From positions 61,062 through 125,061 of the forward strand of contig CALGZC010000015.1 of assembly GCA_937934745.1 (NCBI GenBank): a DNA stretch of 64,000 nt, given 5' to 3'. Shown here in pieces: positions 28,582 through 37,805 of this stretch. The notes under the pieces were generated by a model that worked only from the letters and a program-made list of their open reading frames with translations, searched no databases and had not been told where the DNA came from. The translations under genes were made by a program, and so were the position numbers. The DNA is from an uncultured Blastocatellia bacterium. GTDB taxonomy: Bacteria; Acidobacteriota; Blastocatellia; Chloracidobacteriales; Chloracidobacteriaceae. Position 1 is the stretch's first letter. Every line of letters starts with the position of its first letter.

Positions 28582-30354
28582 CTAGAGAGCGGATCTAGAA
28601 CGCGGCAACAGGCGAAAAAAGCCGTCCACGTTCCAGCGGTATTCGCCGGACAGCACCGGCATAGGGGGTGCACCCGGTCGCGGCGCAGCACGGCGCGCCA
28701 GTGCGGCAAAGGTTTCGGCGTCGAAGCGGTACACGAGTCCGACGGATGCCGAAAGCCCTCCGGTTCCGGCCAGCTCACGCGCCCAGTCGGCATCAAGTGG
28801 GCGTAAAAACAGTAGCACCACCCGGTAGTCGCGTCTTGTGTAACGACCGACATCAGCTGCAATCGCTGCAAGCGACGGCGCATAATACACCCGCTTACCA
28901 GACATGGCCAGCAGGTGCGGCGGGTCGGTGGGGATCTCAAAATCAGGCGAAAAAACGATGTCGGATTCCGTGACCGCCTCGCGGACAAAGCGCCCGAGCG
29001 GCTCGATGATCGGGGACGGCTCAGGGAAAAGGGCGTGAAACTGCGCATGGAGCGGCGCGACATAGGCCAGCGCCGCAAGCCATAGGGCAGCCGGGATGCT
29101 CACCCGCCAGACGCGGCGCGCCGTCCAGTCCGGCGCAAAGCTTGCCAACAAGGATAGCGGAAGCAACGCGAAGGGCGTCGTCGCCAGCGGCAGCTCGAAC
29201 TTGAGCGCGCTGAAGTCGTGAATCGCCGAGTGATTGCGCAGGGCGTACACCTGCAAAAAGCAGGGCGCAGTCAGCAGCGCCATCGTCCACGCGGCGAGCG
29301 CCGCGCCGGGCGGCGACGCGCGCCCGCGCCACGCCTGCCGCCACAGCCAGCCGCCCAGGGCAAGGCAGCCAACCAGGGCCAGCCAAGCCAGCCACGGGCC
29401 GGCGGCGCCAAACTGCGCAGGCATGTATTCGCCCCAGAAGATGGCATTGAATCGCCCTGTAAGCTCAGCATTGACTTCCGTCGCGCCAATGCGCTCCAGG
29501 AATCGCTCCTTCAGGCGCGGCAGCATCCCCAGGACGCCAAGCTGCGCAAAGAACAGCGCCAGCGCGACCAGCCCGCCCCAGCCAAACCGCGCGCTGCGCA
29601 GGAGCCAGCCTTTCGGCGACGACCAGGGCAGCGGAATATCGCCCTCGGCCAGCCGCTTCGCGTAAGCGACCGCCAACAGGCAGACAAACAGCCAATCGCA
29701 GGCCACGCCCCAGATGCTGGTCAGCGCCAGCCACCGGTCGCAAGCTGGGCGCGCGGCGGGAACGGTGTCGCGCAACGCCTCCAGGAAAACAAACAGCGCA
29801 AACGGCAGCAACACCGCCTGGTCGGCAAAATAGACGTTTTGATGCCAATACAGCGGCCCCGGCAACAGCAGCGCCAGCGCCGGCGACATTGCCGCCAACA
29901 GCGTCGCCGATGCGCGGCCAAGGCCAAGCCGGCGCAACACAAGGAATGTCGTCGCGCCGAGCGTCAGCGCGATGAGCGCGTGGTTGATGAGGTTCCACTC
30001 CATCAGGCTGCGCGCCGTCGGCTCCCCATCGCGCAACGCGCTGTAGGCGTAAGCCGTCAGCACAAAGCCCGGCGGATAGGAAACGTATGGATTGCGACTT
30101 TCCAGCGTCGGAAATTCAACCGATTTCGGCTCGTTGAGCAGCGCGAAGCGGAGCGCCCACGGACCTTCGGCATGCCAGTTGTTCGCAAAGCGCAGCGTAT
30201 TGGCCGTCAGCCACTGGTGATGCTCGTAGCTGAGTCGCCCAAACCAGGGACGGCGCAGATGCGCTGTGTAGGCAAACAACCCCAGGGTCACGCCGACCAG
30301 CGCCAAGCCGGCGATGAGCGTTTTCGGATGCAATGGCATTACGCGGAGCGTCAT
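28582..30354 (-). CDS. polytopic membrane protein, possible GT-C (ArnT/PMT-like) glycosyltransferase
   Basis: about 10-12 hydrophobic segments; first-loop acidic/aromatic motif (LSYEHHQ) and YVSYPPG; function is inference. Confidence 0.55.
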   Translation of the reverse strand: MTLRVMPLHPKTLIAGLALVGVTLGLFAYTAHLRRPWFGRLSYEHHQWLTANTLRFANNWHAEGPWALRFALLNEPKSVEFPTLESRNPYVSYPPGFVLTAYAYSALRDGEPTARSLMEWNLINHALIALTLGATTFLVLRRLGLGRASATLLAAMSPALALLLPGPLYWHQNVYFADQAVLLPFALFVFLEALRDTVPAARPACDRWLALTSIWGVACDWLFVCLLAVAYAKRLAEGDIPLPWSSPKGWLLRSARFGWGGLVALALFFAQLGVLGMLPRLKERFLERIGATEVNAELTGRFNAIFWGEYMPAQFGAAGPWLAWLALVGCLALGGWLWRQAWRGRASPPGAALAAWTMALLTAPCFLQVYALRNHSAIHDFSALKFELPLATTPFALLPLSLLASFAPDWTARRVWRVSIPAALWLAALAYVAPLHAQFHALFPEPSPIIEPLGRFVREAVTESDIVFSPDFEIPTDPPHLLAMSGKRVYYAPSLAAIAADVGRYTRRDYRVVLLFLRPLDADWARELAGTGGLSASVGLVYRFDAETFAALARRAAPRPGAPPMPVLSGEYRWNVDGFFRLLPRSRSAL

Positions 30355-30434
30355 TGGGGCGGCTCGTCACGGTCCCGACTAGGTAGCCAACACAGGGTCA
30401 AAAGGGAGCGCCTGCGCGGCGCGCCCTCCAAGCC

Positions 30435-32621
30435 TCAGATAAACAGCGGCGCCATCACGAGCGTAATCGTCGCCAACAGCTTGATGAGAACGTGCAGCGA
30501 CGGCCCGGCCGTGTCCTTGAACGGATCGCCCACCGTATCCCCCACCACGGCCGCTTTGTGCGCGTCGCTGCGCTTGCCCCCGTAAGCGCCGGTCTCGATG
30601 TACTTCTTGGCGTTGTCCCACGCGCCGCCGCCGTTGTTCAGAAACAGCGCCATCAGAATGCCGACAATTGTGCCGATGAGAAGCAGTCCGCCGACCACTT
30701 CCGCCCCGGTGGCGCTGGTCGAAGACATGCCCTGCGAAAGGTAAATCTGGCGAAAGACAATCCCGACCACGATGGGCGTCAGCACTACCAGCGCGCCCGG
30801 CAAGACCATTTGCTTGAGCGCGCCGCGCGTGACGATGTCCACGCAATGGCCGTAATCCGGCTTGCTCGTCCCCTTCATGATGCCTGGATTGCTCTTGAAC
30901 TGCCGCCGCACTTCCGTGATGACATCCTGGGCCACCGCGCCGACCGCTTTGATGGCCAGGGAGGCGAACAGCATCACGAGCATCGCGCCGATCATCCCTC
31001 CGATGAAGACTTCCGGCTTGGCGATGTCAATCCGCTCCAGCGTCGGGCCGTAGGTGAAGGGCCAGTAACTGCGCACTTCGTCAAGGTACGCTGAAAACAG
31101 CAAAAACGCCGCCAGCGCCGCCGAGCCGACCGCGTAGCCCTTGGTCAGCGCCTTTGTCGTGTTGCCGACCGCGTCGAGCCGGTCGGTTTTCTCGCGCACG
31201 TCGTCCGGTTGCTCCGACATTTCGACAATGCCGCCGGCGTTGTCCGTGATCGGGCCGAACGTGTCCATGGCGAGGATGTAACCAGCCGTGCCCAGCATGC
31301 CCATGGTCGCCGCCGCCGTCCCGAAGAGACCGGCCTTGGCGAAGCCCGAATTCATGCCGAGGTAGTATGAAACCAGCACGGCGATCGCAATCACGATGAC
31401 CGGAATGGCCGTGGATTCCAGACCGACCGCGATGCCCATGATGACGTTCGTGGCGGGCCCGGTCTTGGAAGCGTCGGCGATGGACTTCACCGGCCGGTAG
31501 CGATATTCGGTGTAGTACTGCGTGATGAAGACAAACGCCAGCGAGGTCAAAATCCCGACGACGCCGCAGGCAAAGAAGCTCAGGTAGGCATTCGGCGCCG
31601 CCGCGCTCGCCAGCAGCCACTTCGACGCCACGAAAAACCCGGCCGTCGCCAGCGCGCAGGTGACGTAAAAGCCCCGGTTGAGCGCCTTCATCGGGTCGGC
31701 GTTTTCGTCCGTCCGCACCACCATCACGCCTACCATCGAGGCCAGCAGCCCAAAGGCTCCAACGACGAGTGGGTACAACAGCACACCTAGCTGCTGCGAT
31801 TTCTCAAAGGCGGTCACGTTTGCGGCAAACAATGACGACGCCAGAATGAGTGCCCCGATGTTTTCCGCTGCCATGGACTCAAACAAGTCTGCGCCGCGCC
31901 CGGCGCAGTCGCCAACGTTGTCGCCGACCAGGTCGGCAATGACGGCCGGGTTGCGCGGATCGTCTTCCGGGATGCCGGCTTCGACCTTGCCGACCAAATC
32001 CGCGCCCACATCCGCCGCCTTGGTGTAGATGCCGCCGCCCAACTGCGCGAACAGCGCCACGAACGACGCCCCAAAGCCATAACCTGCGATGAGCAGCGGT
32101 ATCTTGCCGACGTCGGTCAGCTTGAGAAGATTCACAACGGCAAACAGGCCGGCCACGCCCAGCAGCGAGAGCGCCACCACGAGCAAGCCCGCCACCGCGC
32201 CGCCCCGCAGCGCCGCCTGCAGTGCGCCGTTGAGACTGGTCAGTGCTGCCGCTGCCGTTCGAATGTTAGCGCGAATTGAGATCCACATCCCGATATAGCC
32301 TGACGCAACAGAGCAGGCCGCTCCCAGGACGAACGACACAGCCGTGACCAGCGCCAACACCCGTGGGTCTTTCACTGGATCGTTCATGCTAGGTGTCCGT
32401 GCAAAGGCGTAGAGCAGGAAAATCAATGCCGCGAGGGCAGCGGCCAGATACGCGATGGTCATGTTCTGACGCCGTAAAAATGCTTCCGCCCCTTCCTTGA
32501 TAGCGTCGGAAATCTTCCGCATCGCATCGGTGCCGGTCTCAAGCGCCAGCACGCCCTTAGCAAGAAACGCAGCAAAACCAAGCGCGACCATCGTCAGTCC
32601 GAAAATGACGGCATACTGCAT
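30435..32621 (-). CDS. hppA: membrane-bound H+-translocating pyrophosphatase, K+-independent type
   Basis: DVGADLVGKVE, EDDPRNPAVIADLVGDNVGDCAG, GNTTKA and GDTVGDPFKDTAGP; ATG 32621. Confidence 0.97.
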   Translation of the reverse strand: MQYAVIFGLTMVALGFAAFLAKGVLALETGTDAMRKISDAIKEGAEAFLRRQNMTIAYLAAALAALIFLLYAFARTPSMNDPVKDPRVLALVTAVSFVLGAACSVASGYIGMWISIRANIRTAAAALTSLNGALQAALRGGAVAGLLVVALSLLGVAGLFAVVNLLKLTDVGKIPLLIAGYGFGASFVALFAQLGGGIYTKAADVGADLVGKVEAGIPEDDPRNPAVIADLVGDNVGDCAGRGADLFESMAAENIGALILASSLFAANVTAFEKSQQLGVLLYPLVVGAFGLLASMVGVMVVRTDENADPMKALNRGFYVTCALATAGFFVASKWLLASAAAPNAYLSFFACGVVGILTSLAFVFITQYYTEYRYRPVKSIADASKTGPATNVIMGIAVGLESTAIPVIVIAIAVLVSYYLGMNSGFAKAGLFGTAAATMGMLGTAGYILAMDTFGPITDNAGGIVEMSEQPDDVREKTDRLDAVGNTTKALTKGYAVGSAALAAFLLFSAYLDEVRSYWPFTYGPTLERIDIAKPEVFIGGMIGAMLVMLFASLAIKAVGAVAQDVITEVRRQFKSNPGIMKGTSKPDYGHCVDIVTRGALKQMVLPGALVVLTPIVVGIVFRQIYLSQGMSSTSATGAEVVGGLLLIGTIVGILMALFLNNGGGAWDNAKKYIETGAYGGKRSDAHKAAVVGDTVGDPFKDTAGPSLHVLIKLLATITLVMAPLFI

Positions 32622-32811
32622 AAACAGCCCACAGCCCGAATCGCAGCGCCGCCAACGGCGGCGCTGCACCGGACTCCTTTCACAGTTCAGAAGCGATGAA
32701 CAAAACGTGAACGTTATAACGCTTTGTCGAGGGACTTCAACCGGTGACACATCACCCTGGTGCTCACGCTGCGTCCGGCAGGCGCCCCTGTAGATGCCGA
32801 CTGAATGGAGG

Positions 32812-33648
32812 TTATGGACGGTAAGCCGGCAATGACTCCGTGCGAAAAAAGTTCAGCAGCAACTCGGCGCATTCCTCCGGGTACTCCAACGTCGGTAAGT
32901 GCCCGGCACCGCGCACCGTGGCAGTCTGCCCCCGCTGAATCCGATCGAACATCGCGCGATGCACAGTGGCGGGGAGCACTTCGTCGAAAGCGCCACGCAC
33001 CAGTAGCATAGGGAGCGGGAGGTGACGGAGGGCATCCCAGACGCGCATGCGCACCACGACATCGCGGACCGATTGCGCCAAACCATACGCTGCCCGTGGG
33101 TCGGTTGCCGCAAAATCTTCATAAAGCGTTGTTCGGTGTGGCTCCGGGACGCGCCGGTAGCGCCACAGTAACAGTTGGCGGATGTAGGGAATGGTGGCCG
33201 CCTCCTGAAATAGCACACGTACTTGTGTCAACCACAAATCGGCCTCCACCTCACGGTCTGGACCAGATGGCGGCGGGGGGCATTCCATCCCAATCAAGGT
33301 CAGTGAGGAAAAGTTTTGGGGGCGCTCGCGCGCAGCCAGCAACCCCACAACGGCACCGACACCCTGACCGACGATATGGGCATCCCATCCTCCGACGTAG
33401 CGCATGACCGCATGTAAGTCGGCGACGGCATCCTCAACCTCGAAGCGCGTCCCCGGCGCCGTGGACAGCGACCGCCCTGTACCACGCGGATCATACAGAA
33501 CACAGCGGTACAGCTTGGACAGCCGTTTGACGAGGGGCAACCACATTTGGCAGGTCGCCGCCCAGCCGTTGACGAAGAGAATCGGCAGCCCTTTGTCGCC
33601 GATGACCTGGACATAAAGCCGAACACTGTCTGTATCTAGAAACGGCAT
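32812..33648 (-). CDS. alpha/beta-hydrolase-fold protein lacking the catalytic Ser
   Basis: oxyanion NGW, YDPRGTGRS, elbow GQGVG (instead of GxSxG), late Asp (GAFD) and GHL. Confidence 0.85.
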   Translation of the reverse strand: MPFLDTDSVRLYVQVIGDKGLPILFVNGWAATCQMWLPLVKRLSKLYRCVLYDPRGTGRSLSTAPGTRFEVEDAVADLHAVMRYVGGWDAHIVGQGVGAVVGLLAARERPQNFSSLTLIGMECPPPPSGPDREVEADLWLTQVRVLFQEAATIPYIRQLLLWRYRRVPEPHRTTLYEDFAATDPRAAYGLAQSVRDVVVRMRVWDALRHLPLPMLLVRGAFDEVLPATVHRAMFDRIQRGQTATVRGAGHLPTLEYPEECAELLLNFFRTESLPAYRP

Positions 33649-33679
33649 GGCTTGCGGGTCGTTGCCGCCATCGGCGCAA

Positions 33680-33688
33680 TGGTATAAT
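33680..33688 (+). promoter_or_regulatory. extended -10 promoter of thrB
   Basis: TGGTATAAT, a perfect TGnTATAAT, 58 nt before the ATG. Confidence 0.6.
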
Positions 33689-33746
33689 CCCCTGTTATAT
33701 TACCCTCGTTTCGTTCCAGCTTGCCGGACAGGACCACACAGCCCGC

Positions 33747-34730
33747 ATGGCAGCAAGAAGGTTTGAGATCTGCGTTCCGGCGTCAACGGCTAACCTCGGA
33801 CCCGGTTTTGATACCATGGGACTGGCCGTTGGCCTGTACTTGCGGGTACGGGGAGCAATCCTCCCCCCCGCGGCCGAGTGGCGCCTATCGGCGGCAGGGC
33901 GGCACACCGACGGGATTCCTCTCGACCCGGCGGAGAACCTCATCTGCCGCGTCGCCCGCCAGACGGCAGCGCGCGCCTACGTCAATTTACCGCCGCTGGA
34001 CTTGCACATCATCAATGACATTCCGCTCGGCAGTGGATTGGGTAGCAGTGCTGCTGCCATCGTTGCAGGCGTGTCGTTGGTTGAAGCTGTGACCGGGATG
34101 GAGTTCAGCCAGAGTGAATGGCTGCGCCACGCCATGGTGTTTGAGAACTATACCGACAACCTGGCTCCGGCGCGCTACGGCGGTTGGATTACCTCCTGTG
34201 GACGCAGCAACGGGACGCCGATCTTGTTTCACCGCACCTTTCCGGCGGACATTCACCTGGTCATTGTTACGCCGGACTTTGCCCTGCCGACCGAACAGAT
34301 GCGGGCTGTGTTACCCGATGCCATTCCCCGCGCCGAGGCGATTTTTCAAATGCAGCACGTTATGATGTTTGTCGGCGCCCTTGAGCATCGGCGGTATGAC
34401 CTACTTCGCGAGGCGATGCGCGACCATCTGCACCAGCCCTACCGTGCGCCGTTTGTGCCGGGCTTGACCGATATCCTGGAGCTGGATTGCGATGGTCTCT
34501 GGGCGACGGCGCTGAGCGGTGCCGGCCCATCGGTGTTGGCGTTGGCGTCACACAATCTCGACAGTATTGCGCAGGCGCTCCAGGATTGTTTTGCCCGCCA
34601 CGGTCATCGCTCAGAGGTGTACCGTCCGCGGATTGAAACCACCGGACGTACGATCCGCTATCTGCCCCCCGAAGAGACACTGCGCCCTGACACGAACCTG
34701 TCCGGTTCAGGCGGACGGTTCAGCGGGTGA
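33747..34730 (+). CDS. thrB: homoserine kinase (GHMP family)
   Basis: PASTANLGPGFD, PLGSGLGSSAA, DHLHQPYR and SGAGPS. Confidence 0.9.
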   Translation: MAARRFEICVPASTANLGPGFDTMGLAVGLYLRVRGAILPPAAEWRLSAAGRHTDGIPLDPAENLICRVARQTAARAYVNLPPLDLHIINDIPLGSGLGSSAAAIVAGVSLVEAVTGMEFSQSEWLRHAMVFENYTDNLAPARYGGWITSCGRSNGTPILFHRTFPADIHLVIVTPDFALPTEQMRAVLPDAIPRAEAIFQMQHVMMFVGALEHRRYDLLREAMRDHLHQPYRAPFVPGLTDILELDCDGLWATALSGAGPSVLALASHNLDSIAQALQDCFARHGHRSEVYRPRIETTGRTIRYLPPEETLRPDTNLSGSGGRFSG

Positions 34731-34861
34731 TAGGCTGCCTTGCCATCCTGTCGGTGCGCACGCTGCACTCTCCTGTCTGACCGGGAGCCCGCCGGAGATG
34801 CTACCGGGTGCGTCACCGGCGCGGCGTGCCTCGCTTGCCCGGGTGGGCAAGCATCCCCCTG

Positions 34862-34897
34862 GCACACTTTCCCGCACACTTTTTCGCACACTTTTTC
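34862..34897. repeat. 12-bp tandem repeat x3
   Basis: GCACACTTTCCC GCACACTTTTTC GCACACTTTTTC in the convergent intergenic gap. Confidence 0.8.
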
Positions 34898-34919
34898 GCG
34901 CGGTATTCACGCCCCGTCG

Positions 34920-36299
34920 CTACGGCAACTGCGCCAGGACCTCCTGAACCTGTTGCCGCCAAAAGGAATCGGTATCTCGATTGAGCTGGAGAACCGCTTC
35001 GTAGCTGCGGCGGGCTTCGGCATAGTTACGTAGGGCGGTTTGCATTCGCGCCAGATTCCACTGCACCCCTGTCTCCAATGTGCGGTCGGGTAACTCGCGT
35101 AGCGCGTCCAGTGCTGCCCGCTGAAGTTCAACGGCTTTCTTCAGGTCACCGACGTCGGCATAGACAACGCCCGTCCAGGACAGATAGGCGATGTACAGGC
35201 GGGATGCACGTACGGCCTGCTGCAGAGCGCGCACCGTTTCAAGCGCCTGCTCGGCTTCCGCACGGCGGCCCAGCTGCCGGGCGGTCTGCTCCAACCAGAC
35301 GGCGTTTTCAATCACGCCGCGTGCCCCTTCCTCCAGGGTTAGATACTCTGCAAAGCCGAGCTTGAATGCCTGGTGCGCTGCTTCTATGTCGCCCAATCGA
35401 AAGAAAATACGTCCGGCAGCCGTCGCCAGCATAGCATCCAGTTTCCGGTCAAGCAGTGGGCGTCCGCTGAGATTCGTGTGCGCAGTGACGTGCTGAACGT
35501 GGCTGAAACCCGCCGTTGCTGCTTGCCGTGCTTCCTGTGGTTGTCGTCCTTCGAGCAGGTCCACGTAAGCCGCCTGGTTCTCCGCTAACAGGACAATGCG
35601 TTGGTTGCCGGTGTTTTGCCCTACATCACGGGCGCGCTGAAAAGCTTCACGCGCCTTAGCCGTCTGTCCGAGGTCAAGGAAAGCTGCCCCCAGCATGTAC
35701 AGTGCGGAGGCCTCGCGCCCACCGTACTCAATTTCATCAAAGATGCGCGTTGCCCAGGCAAAGCGGATGAGAGCAATGCGTGCGTCATCTGGATTGGCTA
35801 ACAGGAAGTGACCGATGCCTTCCTTGAAAAAACGCTCTGCCTCAACGGCGCGGGATGCCGTGTTGAGATTGGCGACATTGGCTGGAAGCGGCGGCAGGCC
35901 GAAAAGAAGCTGTCCAAACTTGCCCGGCCCGGTCGCCACCGGCAGCATGCGGCGACTGATGACCAAGCGTCCTAAGTCAGACCACGTGGCCTGGAGTTGG
36001 TAGCGTGCCAAGACGGTATCCAAGACGTAGTTCCACGGCTCATTCTGGACAACAACGGTGTCGGCCACACGTTGCCACTGCTGCGCATCGGGAAATTCAG
36101 AGCGGACGCCGGCTTTAACTAATATGCCCTGAATGATGTCCGGCAGGGTACAGCCTCTGCACGCAAAACTAATGCGCTGACCCACAAAATCAGGATCGCC
36201 ATACCGGGCTGTTGACTTGGGATTAGGTCGAACTTGTGCCGTCACAGCTAATGCCAGGCAACACAGCGAAAGGACGGCAAGGTGGACAGGTGTACGCAT
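34920..36299 (-). CDS. exported protein with STN-like N-domain and TPR repeats
   Basis: signal peptide; ISFACRGCTLPDII...VQNEPWNYVLDTVL...LVI resembles secretin/TonB short N-domains; multiple TPR-like helices. Confidence 0.65.
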   Translation of the reverse strand: MRTPVHLAVLSLCCLALAVTAQVRPNPKSTARYGDPDFVGQRISFACRGCTLPDIIQGILVKAGVRSEFPDAQQWQRVADTVVVQNEPWNYVLDTVLARYQLQATWSDLGRLVISRRMLPVATGPGKFGQLLFGLPPLPANVANLNTASRAVEAERFFKEGIGHFLLANPDDARIALIRFAWATRIFDEIEYGGREASALYMLGAAFLDLGQTAKAREAFQRARDVGQNTGNQRIVLLAENQAAYVDLLEGRQPQEARQAATAGFSHVQHVTAHTNLSGRPLLDRKLDAMLATAAGRIFFRLGDIEAAHQAFKLGFAEYLTLEEGARGVIENAVWLEQTARQLGRRAEAEQALETVRALQQAVRASRLYIAYLSWTGVVYADVGDLKKAVELQRAALDALRELPDRTLETGVQWNLARMQTALRNYAEARRSYEAVLQLNRDTDSFWRQQVQEVLAQLP

Positions 36300-36353
36300 T
36301 GTTTTTGCCTTGTGTACGGAACTCCTTGAGAAATTTGCATCTTATGAAGACGC

Positions 36354-37625
36354 CTAGAAGACGATGTACAGGAAGCCGAGGATGACCACCACAGCCGCAG
36401 CCACGACCCACCACAGCCAGGTACTGCCGGAAGATTGTCCGTAAGTTGCCAAGCTCCCACCTGTCCAGGCCGAACTGACCGACGAAGTAGTAGATGAAGT
36501 GGCCGAGGATGCTTCCGTCGGCTGCGTGTCTTCCGGGGTGCTGCCGTGGATAGGGATACGCCGCCCACCGACGTCCGGCGCGTGGTCTGCAACAAGCCTG
36601 TGGGGTGGGCCGTTGGGCGGGGCAACGGAAGCATCCAGGATTTTTTCCACGAGGGGTGTGACGGGGTCAAAGGATGGACTGACAAGGCGTGCCACCCGCT
36701 CCAGTTCCGCAGCAAACTCTTGGGCGCTGGCCGGACGGTCGGCTTTGGATTTCGCCAGGGCGCACAGAACGAGTCGGTCAAGCGCCTCTGGAATGTCGGG
36801 ATTCAGGCTGCGAACACTCGGCGGCGGTTCGTTGGCATGCAAGAGGGCGACGGCCACCGGCGTCAACGCCGTGAACGGGACCCGTCCGGTTAGCATTTCA
36901 AACAGCACAATCCCCAGGGAATACACATCTGAGCGAGCATCGAGCTCTTGTCCGGTGCATTGCTCCGGCGACAGGTAGTGTGGCGAGCCGATGATCATGC
37001 CCTGCCGCGTGAGTGGCGGGCCGCCCTTCGTCGTGTCGGTCACAATCTTCGCGATGCCGAAGTCAATCACCTTGACAAAATATGAGTTGTCCGGCTGCGG
37101 CGCGAGGAAGATATTTTCTGGCTTGATATCGCGGTGGATCACGCCGCTGCGATGGGCTGCTTCTAAGGCACCACAAACTTGCCGGGCAATAGCAATCGCA
37201 GTGGGGTAGGGGAGTTTTTTCTCCCGTTCGAGGACTTTCCGCAATGATTCTCCCTCGAACAGTTCCATGACGATGTAGTTGATCTGGTCGTCGGTGATCC
37301 CAAAGTCGCTGACAGCAATGGCGTTTGAGTGGCGAATCCGCGCCATTGCTTGGGCTTCGCGTTGAAAACGGGCAACCGAGGTAGCGTCCGAAACAAGCGA
37401 CGGGTGAAGCACCTTGATGGCCAGTGGAATGTCCATCAGAACATGGCGCGCACGATAGACAGCACCCATGCCGCCTTCGCCGATTTTGGCTTCAATGTGG
37501 TACTTTCCGTCAAGTGTGCGACCAAGCAACGCGTCGCTCTCAGCAGTTTCCAAAGCGCTGCCGTCAAAGGGGCAAAACCGCATGTGGTCTTCAAATTCTT
37601 TGCCACAGGTGGCACAGCGCTTCAT
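36354..37625 (-). CDS. Hanks-type Ser/Thr protein kinase with N-terminal zinc ribbon and C-terminal TM anchor
   Basis: GEGGMGAVY, AIK, HRDIKPEN, DFG, SPE and DVYSLG; CATCG...CPFDG; terminal hydrophobic helix; ATG 37625. Confidence 0.95.
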   Translation of the reverse strand: MKRCATCGKEFEDHMRFCPFDGSALETAESDALLGRTLDGKYHIEAKIGEGGMGAVYRARHVLMDIPLAIKVLHPSLVSDATSVARFQREAQAMARIRHSNAIAVSDFGITDDQINYIVMELFEGESLRKVLEREKKLPYPTAIAIARQVCGALEAAHRSGVIHRDIKPENIFLAPQPDNSYFVKVIDFGIAKIVTDTTKGGPPLTRQGMIIGSPHYLSPEQCTGQELDARSDVYSLGIVLFEMLTGRVPFTALTPVAVALLHANEPPPSVRSLNPDIPEALDRLVLCALAKSKADRPASAQEFAAELERVARLVSPSFDPVTPLVEKILDASVAPPNGPPHRLVADHAPDVGGRRIPIHGSTPEDTQPTEASSATSSTTSSVSSAWTGGSLATYGQSSGSTWLWWVVAAAVVVILGFLYIVF

Positions 37626-37805
37626 AGCTTCAGTCAACCCGGAAATCAGCGGAAAGACGCACAATTAGTACGCAAGCAGGTAGTACGCAAAACGACCGTG
37701 GGTTTGGGACAGGACGTGTCAAAATCTATAGAAGCCGTCTTTTGATTGTCAAACAGAGTCTCAAACCACCAACCAACACCGGTCTCAGGGAGGGCAGTCC
37801 CGTCC

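Noticed and set aside
29218-30585. 455-aa plus-strand ORF
   Set aside because: Arg/Gln/Pro-rich antisense shadow of the membrane-protein gene in a very GC-rich stretch
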